From assembly GCF_009914755.1 (NCBI RefSeq), contig NC_060928.1: a DNA stretch of 64,000 bases. One strand, 5' to 3'. This DNA comes from the human T2T-CHM13v2.0 reference genome, Homo sapiens. Every line of letters begins with the position of its first letter. Positions within the stretch are counted from its first letter, which is position 1. The translations under genes and the position numbers were made by a program. Shown here piece after piece: positions 41,380 through 57,025 of this stretch. The notes below the pieces were generated by a model. It searched no databases and was not told the origin of the DNA. It saw nothing but the letters and a program-made list of their open reading frames with translations.

Positions 41380-42520
41380 CACAAAAGTATAGACCAGTAT
41401 CTCTCCTAAACAAAAATAGAAACATTATAAATAAAACTTTAATAAAGAAAATTCAGTACTGTACAAAAATTGGGTTTATCTCTGCAATGTAGGGTGGAGG
41501 GGTTGTCCTTAGAAAATATATAAACATAATTGACAACACTAATTTTTTTTAAAAGATGAGAAATTATATAATCGTCTGTATAGAAGCATTAAAGCATTTG
41601 AAAAATTTAACAACTTTTAAAATACACAATAAACCGTCTTAGAAAACTAGGAATAGAAAGAAATGTAATTAACCTTATTACAAATGAAACAAAAATATAC
41701 AATATTCTTAATGTTGAAAAGTAATGATTAAGCCATCTTCACTGCTTTTATTCAACATTGTACTGCTGACCACAGGCTATTCAGTAATAAAAGAAAAAAG
41801 TATATGTAATATATTATGTTTGATATATTTCATGTATATATTACATATACATGCATTGAAAGGAAAGAAAACTTTTATTATTTGCAGATGATATTGTCTA
41901 CTCATTAGTGTTTCTCAGACTATTCATGAAGGGCCAGTTTTCTTTCCAATTTGTCACAGACTAATACTTTTGAAAAATACACTAGAAATGAGTTAATAGA
42001 GAAGGAAAATCTTAAAAAGACATACAACATACAAACTACAATTTTTATTTTTAGATTCAGCAGATATATATTTGCTCCATCAACTTGCTTAAAAAGTTTC
42101 TAAACTTTTGCTCACAGTTTATCTTATCACAGGAACTCACTGGTTTGGGAACTAGCACTGGTTCATGGAACACACAATGAGTAACATTGATCTACACAGA
42201 AAACCCCACCACCAAAAAATTCGTGTCGAATTCTTAAAATTAGTAAGATAATTTAGCAAAGTGGCTGTGTTTAAGATCATATCACAAAAATCAATTACAT
42301 TTATAGATACCAGCAACAAACCAAAAATATTTTTAAAGGTATTTACAAATAAGCATAATAAAATCTATCTAGGGAAAATCTTGAATCTTTATTGGAGTAT
42401 ATTAAAGAAGAACTAAGTAAAATGGAAAAATATGCTATATTCATGGATAGAAAGAATACAATTTATTCTGATGTGAATTATTCATAGTTGATTTATAAAT
42501 TAAGTGCAGTAATAAATAAA
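41380..42520 (+). mobile_element. Ancient L1M ORF2 (RT region) remnant
   Basis: tatagaccagtatctctcc (YRPISL), ttattcaacattgtactg, ttatttgcagatgata (LFADD). Confidence 0.65.
41906..42189 (-). mobile_element. hAT-Charlie (Charlie4-like) non-autonomous DNA transposon nested in L1M
   Basis: Termini tagtgtttctca...tgagtaacattg; host L1 resumes after it; flanks gtctactc/atctacac resemble a hAT 8-bp duplication. Confidence 0.55.
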
Positions 42521-42985
42521 ACCCTCTTTTATTCCTAGTATTGAGTTCTGTCTCTCAATTAATCATCCTACTAGGAACTTATCAATTTTGTTGAACTTTT
42601 CAAGCACCAAATTTAGCTTTTAAATTTTTCTTTATTATTTATTTCCTATTTCAATGATTTCTGCATTCATTATTTATTTCCTTTTTTCTTACTTTGGTTT
42701 TAATTTGCTCTTTTGTGCCCAGCTTCTTAGGATAGAACCCTATCTCACTTTTTTTAAGCCCATTTTTATCTTTTTTAAATTAATATACTTTAAGTTCATG
42801 GGTACATGTGCACAATGTGCAGGTTTGTTACATAGATATACATGTGCCATGTTGCTTTGCTGCACCCATCAACTCGTCATTTACATTAGGTATTTCTCCT
42901 AATGCTATCCCTCCCCCAGTTCCCCACCCCACGACAGGCCACAATGTGTGATGTTCCCTGCCCTGTGTCCAAGTGTTCTCAGTGT

Positions 42986-46788
<3,803 letters not shown>

Positions 46789-46851
46789 TATGATGTTCAC
46801 TGGTTATTTTGCCCGTTAATTGATACAGTTTCTTCCTAGCATCAAAGGTCT

Positions 46852-47877
46852 TTACAATTTGGCATGTTTTTGCAGTGGCTGGTACCAGTTGTTCCTTTCC
46901 ATGTTTAGTGCTTCCTGCAGGAGCTCTTGTGAGGCAGGCCTAGTGGTAACAAAATCTCTTGGGATTTGCTTGTCTGTAAAGGATTTTATTTCTCCTTCAC
47001 TTATGAAGCTTAGTTTGGCTGGATATGAAATTCTGGGTTGAAAATTCTTTTCTTTAAGAATGTTGAATATTGGCCCCCACTCTCTTCTGGCTTGTAGGGT
47101 TACTGCAGAGAGATCTGCTGTTAGTCTGATGGGCTTCCCTTTGTGGGTGACCCGACTTTTCTCTCTGGCTGCCCTTAACATTTTTTCCTTCATTTCAATC
47201 TTGGTGAATCTAACAATTATGTGTCTTGGGGTTGCTCTTCTAGAGGAGTATCTTTGTGGTGTTCTCTCTATTTCCTGAATTTGAATGTTGGCCTGCCTTG
47301 CTAGATTGGGGAAGTTCTCCTATATAATATCCTGAAGAGTGTGTTCCAACTTGGTTCCATTTTCCCCGTCACTTTCAGGTATGCCAATCAAACATAGATT
47401 TGGTCTTTTCACATAGTCCCATATTTCTTGCAGGCTTTGTTCATTTCTTTTTACTCTTTTTTCTCTAAACTTCTCCTCTCGCTTTATTTCATTCATTTGA
47501 TCTTCAATCACTGATACCCTTTCTTCCACTTGATCACATCGGCTATTGAAGCTTCTGCATGTGTCGCAAAGTTCTTGTGCCATGGTTTTTTGCTCCATCA
47601 GGTCATTTAAGGTCTTCTCTACACTGTTTATTCTAGTTAGCCATTCATCTAATCTTTTTTCAAGGTTTTTAGCTTCCTTGCTATGGGTTCAAACATTCTC
47701 CTTTAGCTCGGAGAAGTTTGTTATTACCGACCTTCTGAAGCCTACTTCTGTCAACTCGTCAAAGTCATTCTCCATCCAGCTTTGTTCCATTGCTGGCAAG
47801 GAGCCGCGTTCCTTTGGAGGAGAAGAGGTGCCCTGATTTGTAGAATGTTCAGCTTTTCTGCTCTGGTTTCTCCCCAT
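46852..47877 (-). pseudogene. L1 ORF1p, disrupted
   Basis: Fragments 47689..47877, 47320..47598 and 46852..47193 (SLQEIWDYVKRPNL, YPAKLSFISEGEIK). Confidence 0.92.
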
Positions 47878-48890
47878 CTTTGTGGTTTTATCTACCTTTG
47901 GTCTTTGATGTTGGTGACCTACAGATGGAGTTTTGGTGTAGATGTCTTTTTTGTTGATGTTGATGCTATTCCTTTCTGTTTGTTAGTTTTCCTTCTAACA
48001 GTCAGATCCTTCAGCTGCTGGTCTGTTGGAGTTTGCTGAAGGTCCACTCCAGACGCTGTTTGCCTGCGTATCACCAGTGGAGGCTGCAGAACAGCAAATA
48101 TTGCTGCCTGATCCTTCCTCTGGAAGCTTTGTCCCAGAGGGGCACCTGCCTGTATGAGGTGTAAGTCGTCCCCTACTGGGAGGTGTCTCCCAGTTAGGCT
48201 ACATGGGGTCAGGGACCCACTCGAAGAGGCAGTCTGTCCGTTCTCAGAGCTCAAACACTATGCTGGGAGAACCACTGCTCTCCTCAGAGCTGTCAGACAG
48301 GGATGTTTAAGTCTGTGAAGTTTCTTCTGCCTTTTGTTCAGCTATGCCCTGCCCCCAGAGGTGGGGTCTACAGAGGCAGCAGGCCTAGCTGAGCTGTGGT
48401 GGTCTCCCCCAGTTCGAGCTTCCAGGCTGCTTTGTTTACCTACTCCAGCCTCAGCAATGGTGGACACCCCTCTCCCTGCCAGGCTGGTGCCTTGCAGTTC
48501 AATCTCAGACTGCTGCGCTAGCAGTAAGCAAGGCTCTGTGGGTGTGGGACCCACCAAGCTAGGTGTGGGATAGTATCTCCTGGTCTGCTGTTTGCTAAGA
48601 CCGTTGGAAAAGCACAGTATTTATGGGGGAGTGTCCCGCTCTTCCCAGGTACAGTCTGTCATAGTTTCCCTTGGCTAGGAAAGGGAAATCCCCGACCCTT
48701 TGCACTTCCTGGGTGAGGTGATGCCTGCTCTGCTTCAGCTCGCCCTCTGTGGGCTGCACTCACTGTCCAACCAGTCCCAGTGAGATGAACCAGGTACCTC
48801 AGTTGGAAATGCAGAAATCACCCATCTTCTGTGTCGATCCCTCTGGGAGCTGCAGACCGGAGCTGTTCCTATTTGGCCATCTTCAAACCT
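47878..48890 (-). promoter_or_regulatory. L1 5'UTR internal promoter with YY1 core and antisense-promoter region
   Basis: AAGATGGCC (ggccatctt, 48875-48883); many CpGs decayed. Confidence 0.75.
48457..48573 (+). pseudogene. L1 ORF0 homolog truncated to 38 aa
   Basis: gcaATGG start; MVDTPLPARLVPCSSISDCCASSKQGSVGVGPTKLGVG* aligns with ORF0 (MAGAPPPASLPPCSLISDCCAS...). Confidence 0.8.
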
Positions 48891-49335
48891 GTCACCCTTT
48901 CTTCATCTTAATATAAGCATTTAAATGTATAAATTATCCTCTAAGCCCTGCTATAGTTACGTCACGTAAATTTGAGTTATTATATTCTTATTATCTTTCA
49001 GTTTAAAGTATTTTCCAATTTCCTTTATGATTTCCCCATTGATTCATAGATTATTTAGAAATATGTTGTTTACTTTCCAAATATTTGGATTTTTCTCCAT
49101 ACATTTTAATGTTATTAATATTTTTTCTAAGTCCAAAATGGTCAGAAAACATGTAGAATTTCAATTTTTTAACTGTATCTTCTTGAATACGGTTTTCTTG
49201 GATAATGTACCATGTGCACTTAAAAAGAATATGTATTTTGCAACCATTGAGTACAGTGTCTTACAAATGTTATTAAGGTCAAGGTGGCTGATAGTGTTGT
49301 CAGAGCCTATGTGCCTTTACTGATTTTTGCCTTCT

Positions 49336-51560
49336 GCATGGAGGGACATTTGGTGAACATTTACATGGGACACAAATGTTCCCCCAGTCTGATCCCATTT
49401 TGAGAAGTTTATACACATTATACTCTTCCCAAATCTCCTTGTCATGAATCTTCCAATCTTATTCTTTCTACCAAAGCATTATCCACAGCTTCTCAATCAG
49501 TGTGACTCAAGCCTCTGACAGTTCTCCTTCCAGACATAGCAATGAATCAGATGTACTCCTGGAAGTTCTGCCCAGGGCAAGGGATAATTTTCTTTGCTTC
49601 AGTATCTTTCAGAGCCACCCGGTGAATGGAACTGAAATGCTACAGGAGTTTGCTTTGGGATGGTAGGTGAGAGCACCCAAAAGCCATGTTCAAATTGTTC
49701 TCCAGTTGGTCACATGGAGCTCCACATTTGCCTACAGGTATCAGCTGATGACAAGATGGAAATACAGCAGAAGTTGGTGCACTGCAAGTATGAGTTACAT
49801 GATTATGTAACTAAATTAAGTCTTAAGTCCAGCTCAGGTCCCATCTTGATGCTTCCACTTGATGATAAAGCCCTGCTGGGTATAACCAAATGTAAGGCTT
49901 TATGAATAAAATAGTTCCCATTTTGTGCAGGGCAGTTCAGTTCAGATGGTTACTTGAGGACTCAGGATAAAAGGTTCTGGCTTATAGCAAATCAGAAGCC
50001 ATTCCTCAAAAAGAAAATAGTTCTTTGGCAAATAAAGCATATCTTTGTTCCAAAACCCTAGGGACTTTCACTGCAATTTTTCCATTAGGTCAAGCCCAGA
50101 CCTAATAAAGCATTGTGATCTTCTACAGACATTTCAAGGACCACAGGAAACATTAGATCATCAAGGTCAATTGGCAGAGCTTCCTCCACAGCAACATAAA
50201 CAAACTGAAGAGGCTTCTTTGTTTCAAGTGCCATCAAAGCTAGGAACCTCACAGGTTATGCCATAACTACTTGAGCAATACACTCAAATATGGTAAACAT
50301 TGCCAACAAAATCCAAAGAAAACCAAAAAGCTTTAGACTTAGTGATGGCGAACTCAAGATGCAGCAATTTGTCTTTCATTTTGAGAAGGATATTACAACT
50401 TACCCCAGAATACTGGATATCCAGAAAATTGCCTGATGTGAAAGGCTGCTAAATTTTTCATGAGTTTATTCTTACTCTGGCAAGTGTTTTACTAAGACAT
50501 ATAGGATACCTCCTACTTCCCATTCACCGAGTCTAATCAGCATAATATTATCAGTATACTGGATCATAATAACGTTATTTGGAATACTGAGATAAATGGT
50601 ATCTTGCAGATCAAATGACTGAGTACTGAGAATTGACAAAACCCTGAGGAAAATGTAAAGATATGCTCCTATCCTTGCAAAAGAAAAAGCAAAATGCTTC
50701 TGGTGTTCTTTAATTTTTACAGCAGAGGAAAAAGAAAAAAAATTGTGCTAGATTGATAGTTACCTGCAAGTGCTGGGAGTAATATTGATCTCTTGTGGTA
50801 GGAAACCTCACCTGAAACAGCCGATGCAATTGTAGTCACCACATGACTAAGTTGATACTAATCCACTATACTTTTCGAGAATCCATATGTATTCTTCACA
50901 AGGTAAACTAAATGTGGATGTACAAGAATAACTACCTCTGCATCTTTCCTTTATTTATTGACATTTTTGATGGTGATACTAAGTTCTGTGAATTTTCCCA
51001 GGTTGAGGAATTGTTTTGATTTATTATTTTGGTAGGTAAGGGTAATTTCAGAGGCTTTCACTGCTTCTCCTTGTCAAAATAATTCTAACTCCATGGGTCA
51101 GGAAGCAAATGGAGGAATTCTGGTGGTTGGACATATGTATAATCCAGCCATATATCCTGGAAATGGACATACAATCTACAATAGTATGACAGACATTCTG
51201 GGTATCTACGAAAAATAAGCCAAAAGTTTTAATCACCTGACCCATACAAGTTCCCACCACTGATGAACCACAGTGGTATTCTGGATAAAAATAATCCCCA
51301 AGGTATTCAGTGGGAATTCTCATAATCCCTAAAAGCTATCAGCAGCTCAGAGCCAATAAGCCCCCAAAGTTCTAGTTATTTCTCTGCCCTCAGGGTATGA
51401 TTACATTAATCAATGGCCTCAGGCCTCTTTCTGAAAGACCAAGAGGAAGATTTGCATTACATGCCTGGGGTATTATCACAGAGGCCTTTTTATCCCCCTT
51501 CCCCTTATTCAAAGGTCCTGAGCATGTGAATCACTCAGTAAAGGCTATGGCTTTTATATG
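49336..51560 (-). mobile_element. Highly decayed ERVL-class internal pol (RT/RNase H)
   Basis: Minus strand near 49370 reads TFVSHVNVHQ (cf. ERVL IFVSHVNAHQ); near 50530-50600 reads LSIPNNVIMIQYTDNIMLI (cf. HYIDDIMLI). Confidence 0.7.
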
Positions 51561-53903
51561 CTGGTGAGTCAAGGCAGACTGATTTTACCAAAGTGAGTCT
51601 AGTGCTTTTACAATATATTCTCACACATACTCTCCAGGTATGTGTGTATCCTTGGCATACATTACTAAAAAAACAACAGCAGCTATAACTCCTTTAGACT
51701 AAGTCATCTTCTCATGGGGTAGACTTTGCACAAATTCTCTGAGGCATGGACTTGAACTCCAGCTACAGGTCAGTTGGCAATGAGGAGTGTTATGGATGGG
51801 CTATGACATGAAACTGACATCTCAATTGTAAGGCAGACAGCATAGGTAAGGTCATTTAAGCTATTTAGGAAATGAAAGAACAACTTAGCAGAGAGGGAGG
51901 AGAGAAACTCAGTAGTGTTGGGAAGTTGAGGCACTCGTGTTCATCTGATTTTCCAAAACGTCCATCTTTCAATTCCTAGGATTTTACTCTTTTCCATTTG
52001 ATGTCATAACTTTCACATAAAAGATCTGGCAAATTATGAATTAAACCTACACAGTAGTTCAGCAAACTGCAAGATTTAATTTTACATCTGAGAAAGAATC
52101 TATCAGCTCCGGAGTTCGAAGAGATAAGAGATCCTTTCAGTGCAACAACAGAGGTTTTCTAGGATTCTGATAATGTCTTGAATTTAAAATCTTGGCTTTG
52201 CAATCTTTGGGTATAGACAGAAGAATGTTTTAGGAGTTTTAAGGCATTACCTAAACAATAACCTTTCAGGACTGCACTGACATGTCATAGCCAATACCAA
52301 TACTTGCGGAGAGGAGGAGGGATCTACCTGTGATGTAGCGGTGCTGGAAAGTAACTATGACCTTATGGGGCTTGGGGTTATTATACTCCATGTTATAGAG
52401 AGAAATAGAGACTCTGAAAATTTGCTGCTCAATAAACAGAAGGGAGCAGAGCCAGGATTCACTACAAGCACAGCGGGCTCCAGAGCTCATGTTTTTTACA
52501 CTACAACGTCAACCTTACTTCCTAGCTGAGAGCCTAGAAATAGGGCAGAATATGTGAAAACACCCAAGAGCAAGTAGTGACCTATTCCATCTGAAGGAAA
52601 GAGTGAAAACCAATCACACCCAAGACCAATCTTAAGAGAATGACGTTTTCTGAAGCTCAACAATCTCCTCCTGCAGGAGGAAACAGCCGGAGTAATAGCA
52701 GTTCAATTGCCAAATGTTTCCATCTGGAAGCAATTTCCCTGAAACATAGATACCAGACAGAAAAAGTAACTTAGAAAAATGTAGTACCAGTCAAAGGAAG
52801 ATAATATATTTAATTTGAAAAGAAAAGGGTTTAATACAAAAACATGGATTAGTGTTCTTTCATTTATGTCACCTGCGTCTCATATTGTCACACTCAGGAG
52901 CATGAGCATGTTGTCTAGATAGCTGTTTTTATCAAAACTCCAACTTTAGATTATAAGGAAAACTTATAGTTTACATTCTAGAAATTACTCAATCTAAAAA
53001 TTTCTAGAAATAGACAAGCCCACCAATATTTCTGATAATCATGACTCACTCAACATATATATGTGTTGGATTTCTATCTTCTAGCTGACATGGGAGTACT
53101 CCACTGCTCACTTTCCCTTCAAAGCTCTACCTTTATCAAAGCTATTCTTGATTCCTCTTCATTACATCAGGGAGAAAGCTTTAAGCATCTATTAATTCCC
53201 TTTAACAGCTATCTTAACATTTGATAATCTCTTTTTTAATGAGAATGTTATGCCTTAGGCCAAGAGCAAACTATAGGCAATTGCAGAAACAACCAGCTAG
53301 AGGCATAGAGAAGGGCAGAACTCCACCTATGGGATAGGAGGAAGGAAATAAACAAACATATGGAGCTATAAATAAAAAAGATTTTCTATAAATATAGGAA
53401 AGTATTTAGAGAAAGAAGAGAGGATAATTAACCCAGGATAGAAAAGAAATCAAGCAGATTTTCTGAAACTTGGGATCATTCATCACGTATTCCCCTGAAG
53501 AACATTAGCTTTTCCAGAGCACAGTTTGAAAACTTTGGACTTAGCTGAGCTCTCAAGGGCTCTTCCACATGTGTGATTTCAAGAGCAGAGAACAATCCTT
53601 TCCATTCCAAACCTATGACGTTTTGTTACATGTTGAAATTTCATCAGGATGATAATGTTAGAAAAGTGTGCAGTTTAAATCTCATGTGAAAAGTATTGTT
53701 GTGTTACTGTATGTCATTGAGGAAATAATTTTATGCTGGTCCCTTGCCTTACCACTCTCACAGCACTGCAGAGAAGCTTGTATGTGCCAGGGAGTGTAAC
53801 ACAGATTCAAAACTATTTTTTTAAAAAACAAGACATTCTGTTCTCAAGCCACAGAGGCCAATGTAAGGTCCTTCACCAAATAACCTAGGGCTTTTAGTGA
53901 CCC

Positions 53904-54275
53904 TGAGGTAGGAGTTGGGTCTCAACTCCAGAGGCCAGGGTTGGACTCAGACCACATTGAAAACTAACTGAAACAGGGCAGAGTCAAAAGCACCTCTCCA
54001 TAAGACACACCCACCAATGCTATGTCAGTTTACCATTGGCATGGCAATACCTGGAAATTACCCACCCCTTTCCATAGCAACAACTTAGCGATCTAGAAGT
54101 AACCACCCTTTTTCTAAACATTTCTGCATAATCCGCCCCTTAATTTGCATGTAATTAAAAGCAGGTATAAATAAGACTGCAGAACTGCCCCTGAGCTGCT
54201 ACTCTGGGCACACTGCCTATGCAATAGCCCTGGTCCACAACGAGCAATGCCTCTGTTGCTGCTGTACACTGCTTT
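53904..54275 (+). mobile_element. MER66-type ERV1 LTR, 3'-truncated
   Basis: tgaggtaggag...aaacagggc...gtcagtttaccattg...ccccttaatttgcatgtaattaaaagcaggtataaata. Confidence 0.7.
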
Positions 54276-54439
54276 ATAGTAGGTAGGAAAGGGGAAAGCC
54301 AAAAGGAATCCTAGAGTCCATTAGACTCTAACAGACAAGTCCAAGGTCTTCATCATCAATTTAATGCCCTCAGGACAATTCACAATCATTACCAAACTAA
54401 GGCTCCAGATCCTTTTACAGCTTCATACCTGTATACTCC

Positions 54440-55130
54440 TCATGGATGTCCACCAGCACTTCAAATTCAGTGGGATCATAACTGATCCATTACCTTCTCA
54501 CCAAAACCTCTACATTCTCTGTCTCTGCTATAAATAGTAACCTTGTCATCTACTAGTTTTCTAATATAGGAAATTCAGCAAATCTTCACTCCTTCCTCTT
54601 TTAAGTCTGATCAACTCTGCCTTCAACATCCTTAGCCTTTGCTCTTATTCTCTCTCATCTGAACTACTGCAACAGCCATGGAACCAAGTGATCTCCCCAG
54701 ACTGTTCTCTGCTTTCTTCAATCCCTCTCACAGTTGCTCAAAGGCATCTTTCTAAAACATAAATCAGATTGCACACCTTTCTGGCCGCAAAACCTTGGTA
54801 GGTTCTTATTTACTTCATGATGAAGACCAGTTCCTAAGCATGTCTCTAGAGTCCTTTACAAGTTGATATCAACCTGCATTTCCAGCCTCTTTCCCTATAG
54901 TGCCAGTGCTACATGCCTTATGTTTCACTGCACAAAACTTTGTTTTATTCTTCTAATGTATCTATGTTTTTCCAAGTGTTGTGATATATATCTGAAACGA
55001 TCTTCTCTTGTTCTTTATGTGACAAATACCTACTTATCTTTTGCAAGATCTGGCTCTTGTATCACTTTCCCTAAAAAATCTTCCTTCCTCCCCTAAGCTA
55101 CTAGTTGCTCCTTTCTCTCTACTATCATCA
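54440..55130 (+). mobile_element. Decayed LINE-2
   Basis: ggatgtccaccagcacttcaaattca...ctctcatctgaactactgcaacagcc...atctttctaaaacataaatcagat. Confidence 0.65.
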
Positions 55131-55145
55131 TTCTCTCTGCCTGCC

Positions 55146-55923
55146 TCTCCTGGGTTGAATTGCGTCCCCAAAAATATATGGTCAAGTCTAATATGTTTGG
55201 CTGTGTCCCCAGCCAAATCTCATCTTGAATTATAGTTCCCATAATCCCCACGTGTCATGGGAGGGACCTGGTGGGTGGTAATTTAATGAGTTCTCGTGAG
55301 ATCTGATGGTTTTTTAAGGGGCTTTTCCCCCTTTTGCTCTTGGCACTTCTTGCTGCCTCCATGTGAGGAAGGACATGTTTGTGTCCCCTTCCGCCATGAT
55401 TGTAAGTTTCCTGAGGCCTCCTCAGCCATGTTGAACTGTGAGTCAATTAACTTCTTTCCTTTATAAATTGCCCAGTCTAGGGTATGTTTTTATTAGCAGC
55501 ATGAGAATGGATTAATTCAAAGTCCAAACATCTCATACCTGCAAATGTGACCTTATTTGGAACTAGGGTCTTTGCAATGTAAAGAGTTGAGATAAGGATT
55601 AGGTTGAGCTCTAATCCCATAACTAGTGTCATAAGAAGGAAATTTAAACACAGACCCACATGGGCGAAATGCCATATGAGACAGAGACATAAATTGGGGT
55701 GCTGCATCTCCCAGTCAAGGAATACCAAAAATTGCTGGCAACAACCAGAAGCTAGGAGAGGGGCATAAAACAGATACTCCCTCAGAGCTTCCAGAAGGAA
55801 CCAACCTGGCTGACACCTTGACTTTGGGCTTCTGGTCTCCAGAATTGTGAGAGAATAAGTTTCTGTTGTTTCCAGCTACCAGCTGTGATATTTTGTTACA
55901 GCAGCCCTAGCAAAATAATGCAC
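55146..55923 (+). mobile_element. MLT1B/C LTR interrupted by THE1
   Basis: tgggttgaattgcgtcccc...[THE1]...gtgaccttatttggaactagggtctttgca...gcagccctagcaaaataatgca. Confidence 0.85.
55189..55519 (+). mobile_element. THE1 (B/C-type) solo LTR with an internal deletion
   Basis: Perfect 5-bp target-site duplication aagtc (55184-55188 and 55520-55524); lacks the catggggg...gtgatagt segment present in the copy at 28772. Confidence 0.92.
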
Positions 55924-56339
55924 CAATCAAACTAATACAGCAAAGTAATAAAGTTATCTTATACTCTATCACAGTTCTTTGCTTTACATCATCTTCCACC
56001 TAGACAACAAAATCCTGCACCACAAGGCTTATACCTTGTTTGTCTTTGTACCTCACTCCTGTTTCCAATACTTCTTCTAGTTCAGTTTCTGTTAACTTCC
56101 TTGACAATCTGCAGGATCAGTGATTTTGACGAGCCATTGGCCTTGGTTGAGAAGATTCAGAGTCTTTTTGAGAAGATGTATGTGCTCAAGGTACCAATAA
56201 TCACAGAATAAAAGAGAAGATAAAGGAAGATTAGGAGGAAAGGCTGAGATAAGACATCATTATTATGGTAGACACATTGACAGAAATGGCATATCTTACC
56301 ATGCTATCAAATGCTTTCTTTTTTCCATGTGTATCCTCT

Positions 56340-56600
56340 TTTTATTTCTTGCTGAAGAAGTTTAAAGTAAATCTGAGACATCATTTCATTTTATTCCTAT
56401 AAACCATAGCATGTATCTCTAAAAATATGAAAATGTTCTTTTGTAACTACCATCTTATTATCAGAGCTATCAACATTAATAATTCCTTCATATCCAACCA
56501 ATGTCTTTTCTAAATTCACTTTTTTTTCTTTGCAGATAGTTTGTTTAAATTAGAATCTAAACAAGGCACATAAATTACATTTGCTCCATCAAACACTTTC
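56340..56600 (-). mobile_element. Old L1MC/L1ME 3' fragment
   Basis: tttaaagtaaatctgagacatcatttcattt...gcatgtatctctaaaaata. Confidence 0.5.
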
Positions 56601-56744
56601 TGATCTTGTCATTGTTAGCCATTTTTCTCTAGAAAATGTTCTATTTTTAAAGCCTCCGCTTACAGAGGACAAGTGTGGAATGTCTATATTTTTGATGAAA
56701 ATTGATAGCTCATGTTTGAGATTCTGCCTGCAGTCATGATTTCT

Positions 56745-57025
56745 TTAGCCTTCAGAGTATTTGGCCCACCAAATGTTAATTTAAAGTTTTCACTCATTGC
56801 TAATCTTTTAAAATCAATAAATTTTACATAAAATCCAAAGTGGGGGATTCTCTAGCAAAAGGTCATTGGCAAACAAGAGACCTCATTCCCATGTGGCAAG
56901 AGCGGCCAGACTCCAAGAGGTGGAGCCGGTCAGGTGATGCTCACTCTCTCCTGTTTCCGCAAGCCCCAGCACACTGTCCCCTCTTCTAGGTGATTTCATT
57001 TACATATATTTATCTGCCTGGAGTC
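56745..57025. mobile_element. Possible hAT-Charlie MER fragment
   Basis: tttggcccac...taaaatcaataaattttacataaaatcc...cattcccatgtggcaa resembles Charlie-derived MERs. Confidence 0.35.
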
